Virus record (IMG/VR): IMGVR_UViG_3300031716_000017 | Location: 1 to 46,745 of that record | DNA: 46,745 nucleotides | Source: a virus | Taxonomy: Duplodnaviria; Caudoviricetes | Direction: 5' to 3' (one strand) | Part shown: one piece after another, positions 18,227 through 26,548 of the stretch | Numbering within the stretch: the first letter of the stretch is position 1 | Layout: every line of letters begins with the position of its first letter | The notes under the pieces: generated by a model | Database searches by the model: none | Seen by the model: only the letters and a program-made list of their open reading frames with translations | Told to the model about the DNA's origin: nothing | Made by a program: the position numbers and the translations under genes

Positions 18227-19175
18227 CTAGGCTCAGGGATCTGGAACGGCGGCTGGGGGACGTGATCCGGGATGGGGTCCGGTCCAGGACCAGGGAACGG
18301 AGTGATCGGAAGACCAACAATCAACCCTCCCGGGGTAGCATAGAACCAGGACGACCAATCGGGGACCCCTTGCACGCCCAGTGCGGTCAGATCGTCCACG
18401 GTCTTGTCCGTGTTCCCGAACCAGCTAATCACGGTCACCCGCTGACCGGGAAGCGCGGGAAACATCGGGATTGCTGCCACGTCCTGATCAGGTTCGGGGG
18501 TCTGGATCGGCTGAATCGGGACCCAGTTCTGGCCGTCCCATTCCTTATCCCCCAGGACCTCCGAACCTTGACCAGTTGCGCTTCCGCCGCCTTGGTCACG
18601 TCCGGATGAATGGGCGCGTTCAGGGGATGGGGCTGGGCCGCATAGAACGCTTCCCGTGCCGCATCGGACGCCGCCTTTTCTTCCTTGACAATCTGGCCCA
18701 GGTCCCTGTCATCGGCCGGCGAGGCCCCGCACTGGACCAGAAGCCTGTCCAGGTTCGGGTCCACGGGTTCCGGGGCCGGCGGGTTCATGATCGCCCGGAT
18801 CTTTTTCGCGGCCAGGGTCTGGAAACCGATCGATGCCCCTGCACCACTGGTCACGCCCAGGGCCGCATAGGCCCGGCGCAAGGTCCCCTCGTCACGGGCC
18901 CCCATGTCCAAATCCAGGGCGATCGGGGCAAACGCCAGGACCACGGCCAGATCCGTGTCCGTCAGGGGGTCCGTGTGAACGGGTTGATCGTTGACGGTAT
19001 TGACGCCCCGAACACGATCCGCCAGGTCCAGGATCTGGGCCCGGAAGCCCTGGGACGTGGCCGCGTTCAGTTCGTTCATCGCCCAGAAAACCAGGGCGCG
19101 GGCCAGAATCTTGCGCTGGGGAACGGTCAGGGAGATCAGGGTTGCGAGCGTGGCGATCGTGGTCGGAGTAGTCAT
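18223..19175 (-). CDS. Hypothetical protein, probably one gene split by a frameshift near 18560 (track ORFs 18435-19193 and 18223-18480)
   Basis: Codon usage moves to the -1 frame (EVLGDKEWDGQNWVP...) which is continuous with the downstream ORF; leaderless ATG at 19175. Confidence 0.55.
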
Positions 19176-19181
19176 ACCAGG

Positions 19182-19210
19182 ACTATACGTCAATGTTGAC
19201 GTACAGTCAA
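19182..19210 (-). promoter_or_regulatory. Sigma70-type promoter P3 with palindromic operator
   Basis: TTGACT-17-TATAGT; operator TACGTCAATGTTGACGTA at 19186-19203; ATG 6 nt after -10. Confidence 0.85.
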
Positions 19211-19218
19211 GGCCCGGA

Positions 19219-19878
19219 TCACTTTTTCTTCGTGATCTCGACCCGGACCCCCAGGTCTTCCGGCCCTTCGGCGTCCTTGCACGCCTGGGCCCAGATCCGG
19301 GTCAGGGCCTGGTCAGGGGGCAAACACTCCCCGGACGTCGTGTCGAAGGGCTGGATCCCGACCCGGTATGACGTGTCCAAGACCCGCCGGATCATGGCCT
19401 GGGTCAGGGGCGGGTTCTTCGGGGCCAGGCTCGGGATCTGGGCGATGGCCGCCCTCATCGTTTCTTCTCCCGCCCCCTTGACGAAAGAGCCGGCCGCTTT
19501 GTACCCCTGGGCCGCTTCGCCGAACAAGTCCAAGACCCGGCCTTCCGCGGCCCACGCTTGCATTTGAAAATCTTGCTCCCACGCCCACGCCCAGCCAAGC
19601 TTCGTCCACGCCCTGGTCAAAATCGCCAGTTGATGTTCCGGAATCAGCCCGCGGGCAGGATTCAGGAAAACGGCCTTGGTCAGGATCTCACAGTCGGATC
19701 CGGGGCCTTCCGTAGGCCTCCCCTTCATGACCCGGGCTTCCAGGCGGCCCACGGCTTCGATCAGGGGACCGTGGGTCTTCGTCTGGGCCCAGGCCGCCAG
19801 ATGATCGATCATCGCCTGGCGTTGCGGCTTCGTCAGGGCGCGGACAGCCGCGCCGGTCGTGATCTTGTTCGTGATCAT
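19219..19878 (-). CDS. Hypothetical protein
   Basis: RBS AAGGACGGGAAC-ATG; single-gene cassette between P2 and P3. Confidence 0.7.
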   Translation of the reverse strand: MITNKITTGAAVRALTKPQRQAMIDHLAAWAQTKTHGPLIEAVGRLEARVMKGRPTEGPGSDCEILTKAVFLNPARGLIPEHQLAILTRAWTKLGWAWAWEQDFQMQAWAAEGRVLDLFGEAAQGYKAAGSFVKGAGEETMRAAIAQIPSLAPKNPPLTQAMIRRVLDTSYRVGIQPFDTTSGECLPPDQALTRIWAQACKDAEGPEDLGVRVEITKKK

Positions 19879-19917
19879 GTTCCCGTCCTTTCGACCCGAT
19901 CGTGGGCCTGGACGGGA

Positions 19918-19946
19918 AGAATACGTCAGGGTTGACGCACGGTCAA
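19918..19946 (-). promoter_or_regulatory. Sigma70-type promoter P2 with palindromic operator
   Basis: TTGACC-17-TATTCT; operator TACGTCAGGGTTGACGCA at 19922-19939. Confidence 0.8.
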
Positions 19947-20770
19947 GAGACCTTGACGCCGCATCCGTGGGCGGGCAGGGCGACGCCGCTCCCGGTCTTG
20001 GTCACGGCCACCGTGATCCAGTCACCTGCGACGGCCGCCTGAGCGGACCCGGCTGCGATCGAAGTTCCGCTGACCCAGTTCCCGGTCCCGCCGCCGCCCC
20101 CGGTCTTCGTGGTCAGGGTCCAGGTGTGGGTTGCGCTCCCCGCGTGGTACAGTTTGAACACGATCGACCCGTAGTTCGAATCGTTGGACGTGAGCGTCCC
20201 CTGGGGCGTGATGATCGGGTCCACGTTGCAGGAACCGAACACGGACCCGATCACGGTTTCGGACGTCGTGTCCGCCGCCAGGGAATCGGCCGCGAATTGT
20301 TTCTGGATCCCGCTGGCCGCCAGGACCGAAGCGGCAGCAGCCGTTGCGCTGGACGCCGCGTTCGTCGCCGAACTGGCCGCACTGGTCGCACTGGAAGCGG
20401 CGGCCGTGGCCGAACTGGCGGCGGCGGTAGCGCTGGTGGCCGCGTTCGTTTCCGACGTGGCCGCGTTCGTCGCCGAAGTGGCGGCGGACGTTGCGCTGGA
20501 ACTGGCCGCGGTCGTGGGCGCAGGAATGGGCAGGGGTCCGGTTCCGTACCTGACCGCCGCGTCACTGGACGTGATCCCCTTGATCGGTCCCGGAACCACG
20601 TCCCCCGCGCCGAAGCTGTCCGTCACCTCGGTATCGGATCCGTCCGTCCAGACGATTTCCCCGGCGGATGCCGCTTGCATCCAATCGGCCCATGCCCCTT
20701 CCGTGGTCACGATATCGATCGGGTCGACGATGGCGCCGTCCGAAACCCTGTAGAACTTGTGAGACATCAC
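19943..20770 (-). CDS. Putative head fibre/spike protein
   Basis: Small beta N-domain, ~9 Ala/Ser/Thr heptads (AASSATA, as in lambda Stf-type stalks), beta-rich C-domain. Confidence 0.6.
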   Translation of the reverse strand: MMSHKFYRVSDGAIVDPIDIVTTEGAWADWMQAASAGEIVWTDGSDTEVTDSFGAGDVVPGPIKGITSSDAAVRYGTGPLPIPAPTTAASSSATSAATSATNAATSETNAATSATAAASSATAAASSATSAASSATNAASSATAAAASVLAASGIQKQFAADSLAADTTSETVIGSVFGSCNVDPIITPQGTLTSNDSNYGSIVFKLYHAGSATHTWTLTTKTGGGGGTGNWVSGTSIAAGSAQAAVAGDWITVAVTKTGSGVALPAHGCGVKVS

Positions 20771-21297
20771 CCACCTACCCTTTCCTGAATCTCCCGAAGC
20801 TTTCTCAATTCGTCCAGCCCCAGTCCGGAAAGGTCCGGGACCGTTTCAACCTTGTCCGTGCTCTCCCCCAGGGCCAATCGTTCAACCCTGACCCCGATTC
20901 CGATCGCCCGGATCGCGTCCTTTATCTGGACTTCGGTCGATCCAAAATCCGGGTTCTGTTCCAGAATCTTGATCAGCCGATCCACAACCAGGGTTCCAAG
21001 CTTTTGAAGCTTTCGCCCCGCCAGACCCTGGCGTTCCGCTCGGGTTCTCGCGTCCTCGCGGACGACCTGTTCCACGGTCTGGGCCCTGGCCGCGTCCAAG
21101 TATCGGTCCCAGGCCGCCGCCCGAAGGGTCCAGCCGTCATTCCAGGCCAGGGACTGGGCCTGGGACCAGGACAGGGGACAGCCAGGCCACGGAACGCGCC
21201 GTGGCAGGGGTTGCAGTAGGTAATCCTGGAACAGGGCCCAGCTTAGGTCCGAGTCAAAGGGCTGACGGACCCACGGCCGGGCGGGGTCGAAGTCCAC
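20767..21297 (-). CDS. Terminase small subunit-like protein
   Basis: PWVRQP..., W..RAAAWD, ERLALGEST and C-terminal DLSGL..DELR.L patterns; GTG 21297 start inferred. Confidence 0.6.
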   Translation of the reverse strand: MDFDPARPWVRQPFDSDLSWALFQDYLLQPLPRRVPWPGCPLSWSQAQSLAWNDGWTLRAAAWDRYLDAARAQTVEQVVREDARTRAERQGLAGRKLQKLGTLVVDRLIKILEQNPDFGSTEVQIKDAIRAIGIGVRVERLALGESTDKVETVPDLSGLGLDELRKLREIQERVGG

Positions 21298-21310
21298 GCC
21301 CCAGAATAGC

Positions 21311-21347
21311 ACAAGGCCCCGGGACCTTGCGAGTCCAGGGGCCTTGT
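21311..21347 (-). terminator. Hairpin between hypothetical genes and the TerS-like gene
   Basis: ACAAGGCCCC-g-GGAC/GTCC-a-GGGGCCTTGT; no good U-tract; abuts a TG-n-TATTCT extended -10 candidate. Confidence 0.5.
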
Positions 21348-21365
21348 ACACGAAGCGGGCTGGTG

Positions 21366-21599
21366 TCAGGCGGGCTTCGACGTGTCCACGCCCAGGATCC
21401 GAAGCGTGATCAGAACCCCGTCCCACATCCAATTCCCACGATCCGTGTCCCAAGTCACGCGATCCGGGATCATGCCAGCCAGCCCCTTATCCGTGTCGAT
21501 GGGTTCACCGAAATAGTCCGGGGTCCCGGGCGTTACCTCTACCGTGTGATCCGTGAGAACCGAGATCAGCGCCTTGTTCAGGATTTCGAGTTTTTTCAC
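21366..21599 (-). CDS. Hypothetical protein
   Basis: GTGA overlap with upstream gene. Confidence 0.65.
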   Translation of the reverse strand: MKKLEILNKALISVLTDHTVEVTPGTPDYFGEPIDTDKGLAGMIPDRVTWDTDRGNWMWDGVLITLRILGVDTSKPA

Positions 21600-21991
21600 T
21601 TCGACCCCCAGGCCAGGTTATTGGCGTCCCATTCCGCCTTCCCGACCGTGGCCTGTTGCACCTGGCGGCGCGTTTCGTTCCAGCGCCAGCCCTTCCAACC
21701 GCGATAGCCGTTGGTCGTGGATTGGTACACGAGCACGGTTCGATCACGATACGAATTCGCCAAAAACTTGGCGTTAACCCGGGCAGAACGCCAGGCATGG
21801 GGTCCGGCTTCGATCGTCAAGACCACGCCGTCGGGCCCGGTTCCACTGAGTCGAATCTTATAGGTAGCCATGTTCACGTCCCTTTCCTTGATCGGAAATC
21901 CGTCATTGTCCAGGCCGTCCAAATCCCCGGGCCTGGCGTTCTCTTGCGTGATCTCTCGCGCCGCGTCCAGTGCCGTCTGTCGCTTGCCCAT
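21596..21991 (-). CDS. Hypothetical protein
   Basis: RBS GAGGG; operon packing. Confidence 0.65.
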   Translation of the reverse strand: MGKRQTALDAAREITQENARPGDLDGLDNDGFPIKERDVNMATYKIRLSGTGPDGVVLTIEAGPHAWRSARVNAKFLANSYRDRTVLVYQSTTNGYRGWKGWRWNETRRQVQQATVGKAEWDANNLAWGSK

Positions 21992-22001
21992 GATGAACCC
22001 T

Positions 22002-22262
22002 CTACCAGTTCACGCCGATGACCTTTCGTCCGCCGGGACCCTTCGTATAAAAACACGCATCGTCCGAATCCTCCGCGCGGATCCACGGGAAGCCCTTGGA
22101 AGTGCAATCGGGACACGTCAAGATCGTCCCGGGTTCCGGATCCCCATTCCTGGCCTGGAAAAGGATTTCGCGCGAACGCATGTCTTCTTCCCGGATGGGG
22201 AATCCGTACGCGTCTTTTTGCCCTGCCTTTTTCCCGCACTGCGCGCAGCAAACCTTGCCCAT
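22002..22262 (-). CDS. Small Cys-containing (zinc-ribbon-like) protein
   Basis: CAQC...CPDC; RBS AAGGACGGGAAC before ATG 22262. Confidence 0.65.
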   Translation of the reverse strand: MGKVCCAQCGKKAGQKDAYGFPIREEDMRSREILFQARNGDPEPGTILTCPDCTSKGFPWIRAEDSDDACFYTKGPGGRKVIGVNW

Positions 22263-22284
22263 GTTCCCGTCCTTCTTACCCATG

Positions 22285-22313
22285 ACTATACGTCAGGGTT
22301 GACGCATGGTCAA
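22285..22313 (-). promoter_or_regulatory. Sigma70-type promoter P1 with palindromic operator
   Basis: TTGACC-17-TATAGT; operator TACGTCAGGGTTGACGCA at 22289-22306. Confidence 0.85.
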
Positions 22314-22315
22314 GA

Positions 22316-22360
22316 GAAAAAACGAAGGGCCCCGATCTTTTTTCGACCGGGGCCCTTCGT
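22316..22360 (-). terminator. Intrinsic terminator
   Basis: 13-bp stem ACGAAGGGCCCCG/CGGGGCCCTTCGT followed by a T-run on - strand. Confidence 0.8.
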
Positions 22361-22374
22361 GGACGAACCTGAAC

Positions 22375-22761
22375 CTACGCCAGCCAGTATTCCGCGCCCT
22401 TGCCGCGCTTGCCGTTGAACTTGACCAGCTTCTGGGCGACCAGGTTGACGATCGCGGACTTGAAGGGCTTCGACGTCGGGTCCAGGCCCAAACCCTTGGC
22501 CACGGCCGCCGGACCGTGTTTGCCCGCGTTCGCCTTGAACCAGGCCAGGGCCGCTTCCTGAGCCTGGGCGGTCAGGGACTGGTCCGGCGGCGTCTGTTCC
22601 GCCGGGGCCCCGGTCTGATTCGAAACGGCCAGCGCCGAAGCGCCCAGGGCCGCGTTCACGGCTTCCAACTTGGCGAATACCGCCTGGGCCAGGTTCGGAT
22701 CCGTGGCCAGGATCAGGTTCAGCGCGGCCAGGTCTCCCTGTTCAATCAGTCTACGAACCAT
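22375..22761 (-). CDS. Winged-helix DNA-binding protein (nucleoid-associated-protein-like)
   Basis: RBS GGGAGG; C-terminal AWFKANAG...VAKGLG...LVAQKLVKFNGKRGKGAEYW; own promoter and terminator. Confidence 0.65.
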   Translation of the reverse strand: MVRRLIEQGDLAALNLILATDPNLAQAVFAKLEAVNAALGASALAVSNQTGAPAEQTPPDQSLTAQAQEAALAWFKANAGKHGPAAVAKGLGLDPTSKPFKSAIVNLVAQKLVKFNGKRGKGAEYWLA

Positions 22762-22795
22762 CGTAATTCCTCCCGGTTGTGGGTGAAACGCGCCG

Positions 22796-22824
22796 AACCT
22801 ATCCCTGATCCCGGATTCGGTCAA
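22796..22824 (-). promoter_or_regulatory. Operator-less sigma70-type promoter
   Basis: TTGACC-17-TAGGTT; same -10 as the promoter at 26045. Confidence 0.65.
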
Positions 22825-22919
22825 GGTTCCGAGCGTTTCACGACCCGGATCCTGGAATTCGCCGTGGTTTCTGACCCGATCCGTGTCGCAGCCTATCCCA
22901 CATCCACCCACCTGGAAGG

Positions 22920-23194
22920 CGTGGCCACGTGTCCACGTGGCCAAGGCGTGGCCAACCGTGTCCAGGGGATCTAACTATGCGAAATCATTACCGTGTCCAG
23001 CATGTCCACAACATTTTACCTAACAACTGGAATGAAAGACAGTGCATGATCGGGTGGGATACTTCCCTACTAACCCGGCAATATCGTTGTCCCACCCGAG
23101 AATATAGCGGGGGGTTTTCTGCTGGACATCTTGGACACGAAAAACCCTGTTTCCGATGAAACCCCTTTCCCGCAAAACCCAGTCCGTGGACACG
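22920..23194. repeat. Putative replication origin with CGTG(G/T)CCA iterons
   Basis: 7 forward and 3 inverted exact or near copies bracketing an AT-richer core; upstream of primase-helicase. Confidence 0.6.
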
Positions 23195-23280
23195 GCCGCC
23201 AGGTGGTCGGATGTGGGACCATAGATTTCTAGGTTTTCTTACTGGTTGCGACCGGACCGGAACTGGTTCCTAATTCCAGG

Positions 23281-23511
23281 GTGCCACGTTACCAGGCCGA
23301 ACACGTCCCGCCGCACCTGGGGCCAGCCCTTCGGGCCGCTCGCCTTGGGGCCGGTAAGACCCTGGCGGAAAGCGCCCAGGCCGCGTTCGTGGACCTGACC
23401 ACGCTAGAGAACTGGGAGCAGGGGCGCACCGATCCCAGGTGCGGCCAGGTCTTGCGGCTGGCCCTGTTCTATGGCGTCCCTCCGCTGGACCTGTTCGGCT
23501 ATGTCGTTTGA
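23281..23511 (+). CDS. XRE-family HTH transcriptional regulator
   Basis: LRAARL...TLAE.A....V...TLENWEQGRTDP....V..LA.FYGV. Confidence 0.85.
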   Translation: MPRYQAEHVPPHLGPALRAARLGAGKTLAESAQAAFVDLTTLENWEQGRTDPRCGQVLRLALFYGVPPLDLFGYVV

Positions 23512-25948
23512 AATTCGGTTCAGCGTATTCGATCACGCGAAGGACGGGATCCCGAAACCCCGGACGATGACCTGGGACGAATTCGTCCAGGGTCTTGGTC
23601 CCGATCATCGGACCGACATCGAAGACAAGCGACGAGTCCCCGCCTTCTCCCCGGCGGAATTTCGACCCGGCCCCAGTCGAAAAGAGGAACATGTAACGCG
23701 GATCTGGTTCGGGGTCCTGGACCTGGACATGATCACGACCGTGCAACTGGCGGCCGTTTGCCAGCGTCTGGAACATTTGGACGCCGTTTTATATACGACC
23801 TGGGGTCATCCAAACGTCGCTAGCCGCGGATTGTGGAAGGTAAGAATTTGCGTTCGCTTCTCCCGGCCGGTCGAAGCCAGGGACTGGCCGCTGGTCTGGC
23901 CCGCCATGTCCGCGTTCTTTTGCGGGTTGAATGACCCCAACATGAACAGCGCGAACGAAATCTATTTCGGACCCAGTGTCCCGCCCGGAACTGATCTTCG
24001 TCTTTGCCATTTCATCGTCTTCCGGGGTGGGGCGCTGGACGTGGACCAGCTTCCCCAGGTCGCATTCGGCGAGAACCCGAAGGCCCCACGGGGCGGAACC
24101 GAAAAGATCACGCGGGAACGCCTGGAACGCCTGGCGCTCAGGTGGAAGCGATCACGGGATCCCTATCGCTCAGAAATGGGTGAGACCCTACACAAGGTCA
24201 CGAAGGGGGAAGCGTTCGCCGAACCGGGAAACCGCGATAATGTCCTGTTCCAGTTGTGCTCGGACCTGGCGAAAGCCATTCCCGACGGGATCCCCGAAAG
24301 CCTGGCCGAGCATTTCGCCCATTCGTTGCAACTGTGTGGGGACAACCTGGCCGGGGATATGGCCAAGGTCAAAGACAAGTTCGAACGCGCCCAGGAAAAG
24401 GCGGCGGCCGAAGTGTTCGCAGCTGAAATGGCCCAGGTCAATGAGCGGAAGCTGAGAATCCGCCAGGCATGGGCCCACATCGATCCGACCCGTGAAACCG
24501 CGTACACGGAAGACGAACTTTCTGCGATGGCCGAATCCTGCAAATGCACCAGGGAAGAACTAAAGAAAAGGTGGATCATCCAACGGGGGACCCTGTTCTA
24601 CGTTCTGGGTCCCGAAGGTGTTTACAGCCAGCCCTATGGGCGGGACGACGTTTGGAACGCGGTCCTTCGTGACCTTGCGCCGGCCGATTCCGCCGGGGTA
24701 GAACTGTGGACCGAATCCGCGAACGGGGAACCCGCCCGAAAGTCTATGCCCAGTCTCATGGGCGAATATGGGTCCGTTGCGACCAGTTACGTTCTGGACC
24801 TTCGTGCCCAGATCGCGTCTTATGACTCGGTTCAAAAACTGTTCATTGAAGCGCCGTGTCCGCTTCGGCCATTGCCCCCGACCTGGGACCGTGATGTGGC
24901 CATGTGGCTTCAAATTCTCACGGGGCCGCACCATGACAACGTTCTTAACTGGTTGGCCCAGGTCACCAATCTGGATTTGACTTGTGCGGCACTGATGCTG
25001 ATCGGCAAAAAGGACACGGGGAAATCGCTTCTGGCCATGGGCCTTTCCCGGCTGTGGACCACGGAAGGGCCCACGTCCCTGGAATCGGTCCTGAAAGAGT
25101 TTAACGATCGCCTGGCCCGGTGTCCCCTGACATTCGCCGACGAAACCTTGCCCAAGGACTTCCGCGGCTACGGCCGAACGTCCGAGATCCGGGAGTGTCT
25201 TTCCGCCAGGACGCGACCCTTTAACAAGAAATACGCCCCGGAAGCCAGTATCTTGGGCGCGATTCGCCTGGTTGTGGCCGCGAATAACGAGAACATCCTG
25301 TCAATTAACGAACACCTGTCCGCCTTCGATATCGAGGCGATCGGAGATCGGTTCTACCGCGTCCCCGTCGATCCCCGAGCGGCCGAATGGTTGCAAATGT
25401 GCGATACGGCCAGCTTCATTAACCAGGACCGAATCGCAAAACACGTCCTGTGGCTTCGGGACAATTACCCCGCCAGACGGGACGGCCGGTTCCTGATCAA
25501 GTCCACGGAAAAGGAATTCGTCCGTGGTCTAACGACGCAATCGGGAATTCGGTCCAGTGTCTGTCAGTGGTTCGTTGGGTATCTCAAGTCACCCAACCGA
25601 ATCGATGCTCGGGGGGACTTCGGGGTCATGGTCAAAAAGGGGAAGCTGTATGTAACCCCGAACGTCGTTTATGAAGGATGGGACGCCTATATCAAGGGGG
25701 AACCAGCCCCGAACCTGGGGAAGCTCGCCCAGGCGATCACGGAACTGTCGACACGGCGAACCCGGGTCACGTCCCCAAAGTTCCGCGGGCAGGACGCGCC
25801 GCACTACCGGGAGATCGACACCGACCACCTGTACGCCTGGTCAGACCGTACAGAGTACGCCAGCCGGGAGGACATCGATCAGGCGCTGGCCGTCGACACG
25901 GAATCCAGGATCGTCCGGACCATGACCGTTCCCAGCCGTCTGAATTAG
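23501..25948 (+). CDS. Primase(-polymerase)/helicase fusion (AEP-type N-terminus, NrS-1/DUF5906-like SF3 helicase)
   Basis: VLDLD, YTTWGH, RFSRPV; Walker A GKKDTGKS, Walker B FADE, AAN; start MSFEIRF preferred. Confidence 0.8.
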   Translation: MSFEIRFSVFDHAKDGIPKPRTMTWDEFVQGLGPDHRTDIEDKRRVPAFSPAEFRPGPSRKEEHVTRIWFGVLDLDMITTVQLAAVCQRLEHLDAVLYTTWGHPNVASRGLWKVRICVRFSRPVEARDWPLVWPAMSAFFCGLNDPNMNSANEIYFGPSVPPGTDLRLCHFIVFRGGALDVDQLPQVAFGENPKAPRGGTEKITRERLERLALRWKRSRDPYRSEMGETLHKVTKGEAFAEPGNRDNVLFQLCSDLAKAIPDGIPESLAEHFAHSLQLCGDNLAGDMAKVKDKFERAQEKAAAEVFAAEMAQVNERKLRIRQAWAHIDPTRETAYTEDELSAMAESCKCTREELKKRWIIQRGTLFYVLGPEGVYSQPYGRDDVWNAVLRDLAPADSAGVELWTESANGEPARKSMPSLMGEYGSVATSYVLDLRAQIASYDSVQKLFIEAPCPLRPLPPTWDRDVAMWLQILTGPHHDNVLNWLAQVTNLDLTCAALMLIGKKDTGKSLLAMGLSRLWTTEGPTSLESVLKEFNDRLARCPLTFADETLPKDFRGYGRTSEIRECLSARTRPFNKKYAPEASILGAIRLVVAANNENILSINEHLSAFDIEAIGDRFYRVPVDPRAAEWLQMCDTASFINQDRIAKHVLWLRDNYPARRDGRFLIKSTEKEFVRGLTTQSGIRSSVCQWFVGYLKSPNRIDARGDFGVMVKKGKLYVTPNVVYEGWDAYIKGEPAPNLGKLAQAITELSTRRTRVTSPKFRGQDAPHYREIDTDHLYAWSDRTEYASREDIDQALAVDTESRIVRTMTVPSRLN

Positions 25949-26019
25949 TCCACGCTGAAAACACTGTAAACGCGGGAACTATGTCTGGATCCGCACCTAA
26001 CGCGCCGCGTTAAAGACCA

Positions 26020-26073
26020 ACCGGAAAAAATCGGAAAAATAGTGTTGACTGGTTGCCCAGGGCGGTCTAGGTT
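26020..26073 (+). promoter_or_regulatory. Sigma70-type promoter with A-tract UP element driving the tRNA/ncRNA locus
   Basis: GGAAAAAATCGGAAAAAT upstream of TTGACT(26045-50)-17-TAGGTT(26068-73). Confidence 0.7.
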
Positions 26074-26079
26074 CAGGAT

Positions 26080-26280
26080 CGTCCCGACACGTTCTCAGGT
26101 GGACGGGCGGCGGGATGCAGGGTCAAGGTCCGGACAGGTTCGGGCCGAAGGTGGGTCCACGGACGCGGTAACCAAGAATAGGAGGCGGAAGGCTCGCGCG
26201 AGTCCGTCGCACGGGTTCATGTCAGAGAAGAACGCCAAACCGAAACGACGTCCCCGGGCCGGCTGACAGCCCGGGGTCCT
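26080..26280 (+). ncRNA. Candidate structured ncRNA, unit 1
   Basis: No credible ORF; stems 26081-26116, 26127-26146, 26159-26207, 26252-26276. Confidence 0.45.
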
Positions 26281-26355
26281 GTCCCGTTCGTCTAGTGGTT
26301 AGGACGGTGGCCTTTCACGCCGCCAACAGGGGTTCGATTCCCCTACGGGACGCCA
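26281..26355 (+). tRNA. trnE: tRNA-Glu(TTC)
   Basis: Full cloverleaf: GTCCCGT/ACGGGAC acceptor, loop CTTTCAC, GGTTCGATTCC T-arm, encoded CCA. Confidence 0.95.
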
Positions 26356-26548
26356 AATTCCAAGGTCCGGAGTTATGAACCGGGCTTCACAGGGTCCTGG
26401 CCAGGAACCCAGCCGGGCGGGGATTGGCGCCCCCAGAAACCCACACCCAAGAAAGTAAACAGGGATATGAGGGAAATCCGCGCGGCGTCAAAGGGCGACG
26501 CATAGCACGGTCCGCCGGGGCCATCGGTGGCGGTCCCTGGCGGATTAT
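26356..26548 (+). ncRNA. Candidate structured ncRNA, unit 2
   Basis: No credible ORF; stems incl. AGGTCCGG/CCGGGCTT and TCCGCCGGGG(26511-20)/CCCTGGCGGA(26535-44). Confidence 0.45.

Noticed and set aside
16284-22313. The five palindromic repeats as a CRISPR array or attC-like cassette sites
   Set aside because: Spacing is 0.7-2.4 kb, each copy fits -35/-10 geometry, and no integrase is present
26042-26266. 74-aa ORF over the ncRNA candidate
   Set aside because: Starts inside the -35 box, has no RBS and has low-complexity Arg-rich composition
26281-26355. tRNA as attP for integration
   Set aside because: No recombinase found and no second copy of the tRNA end
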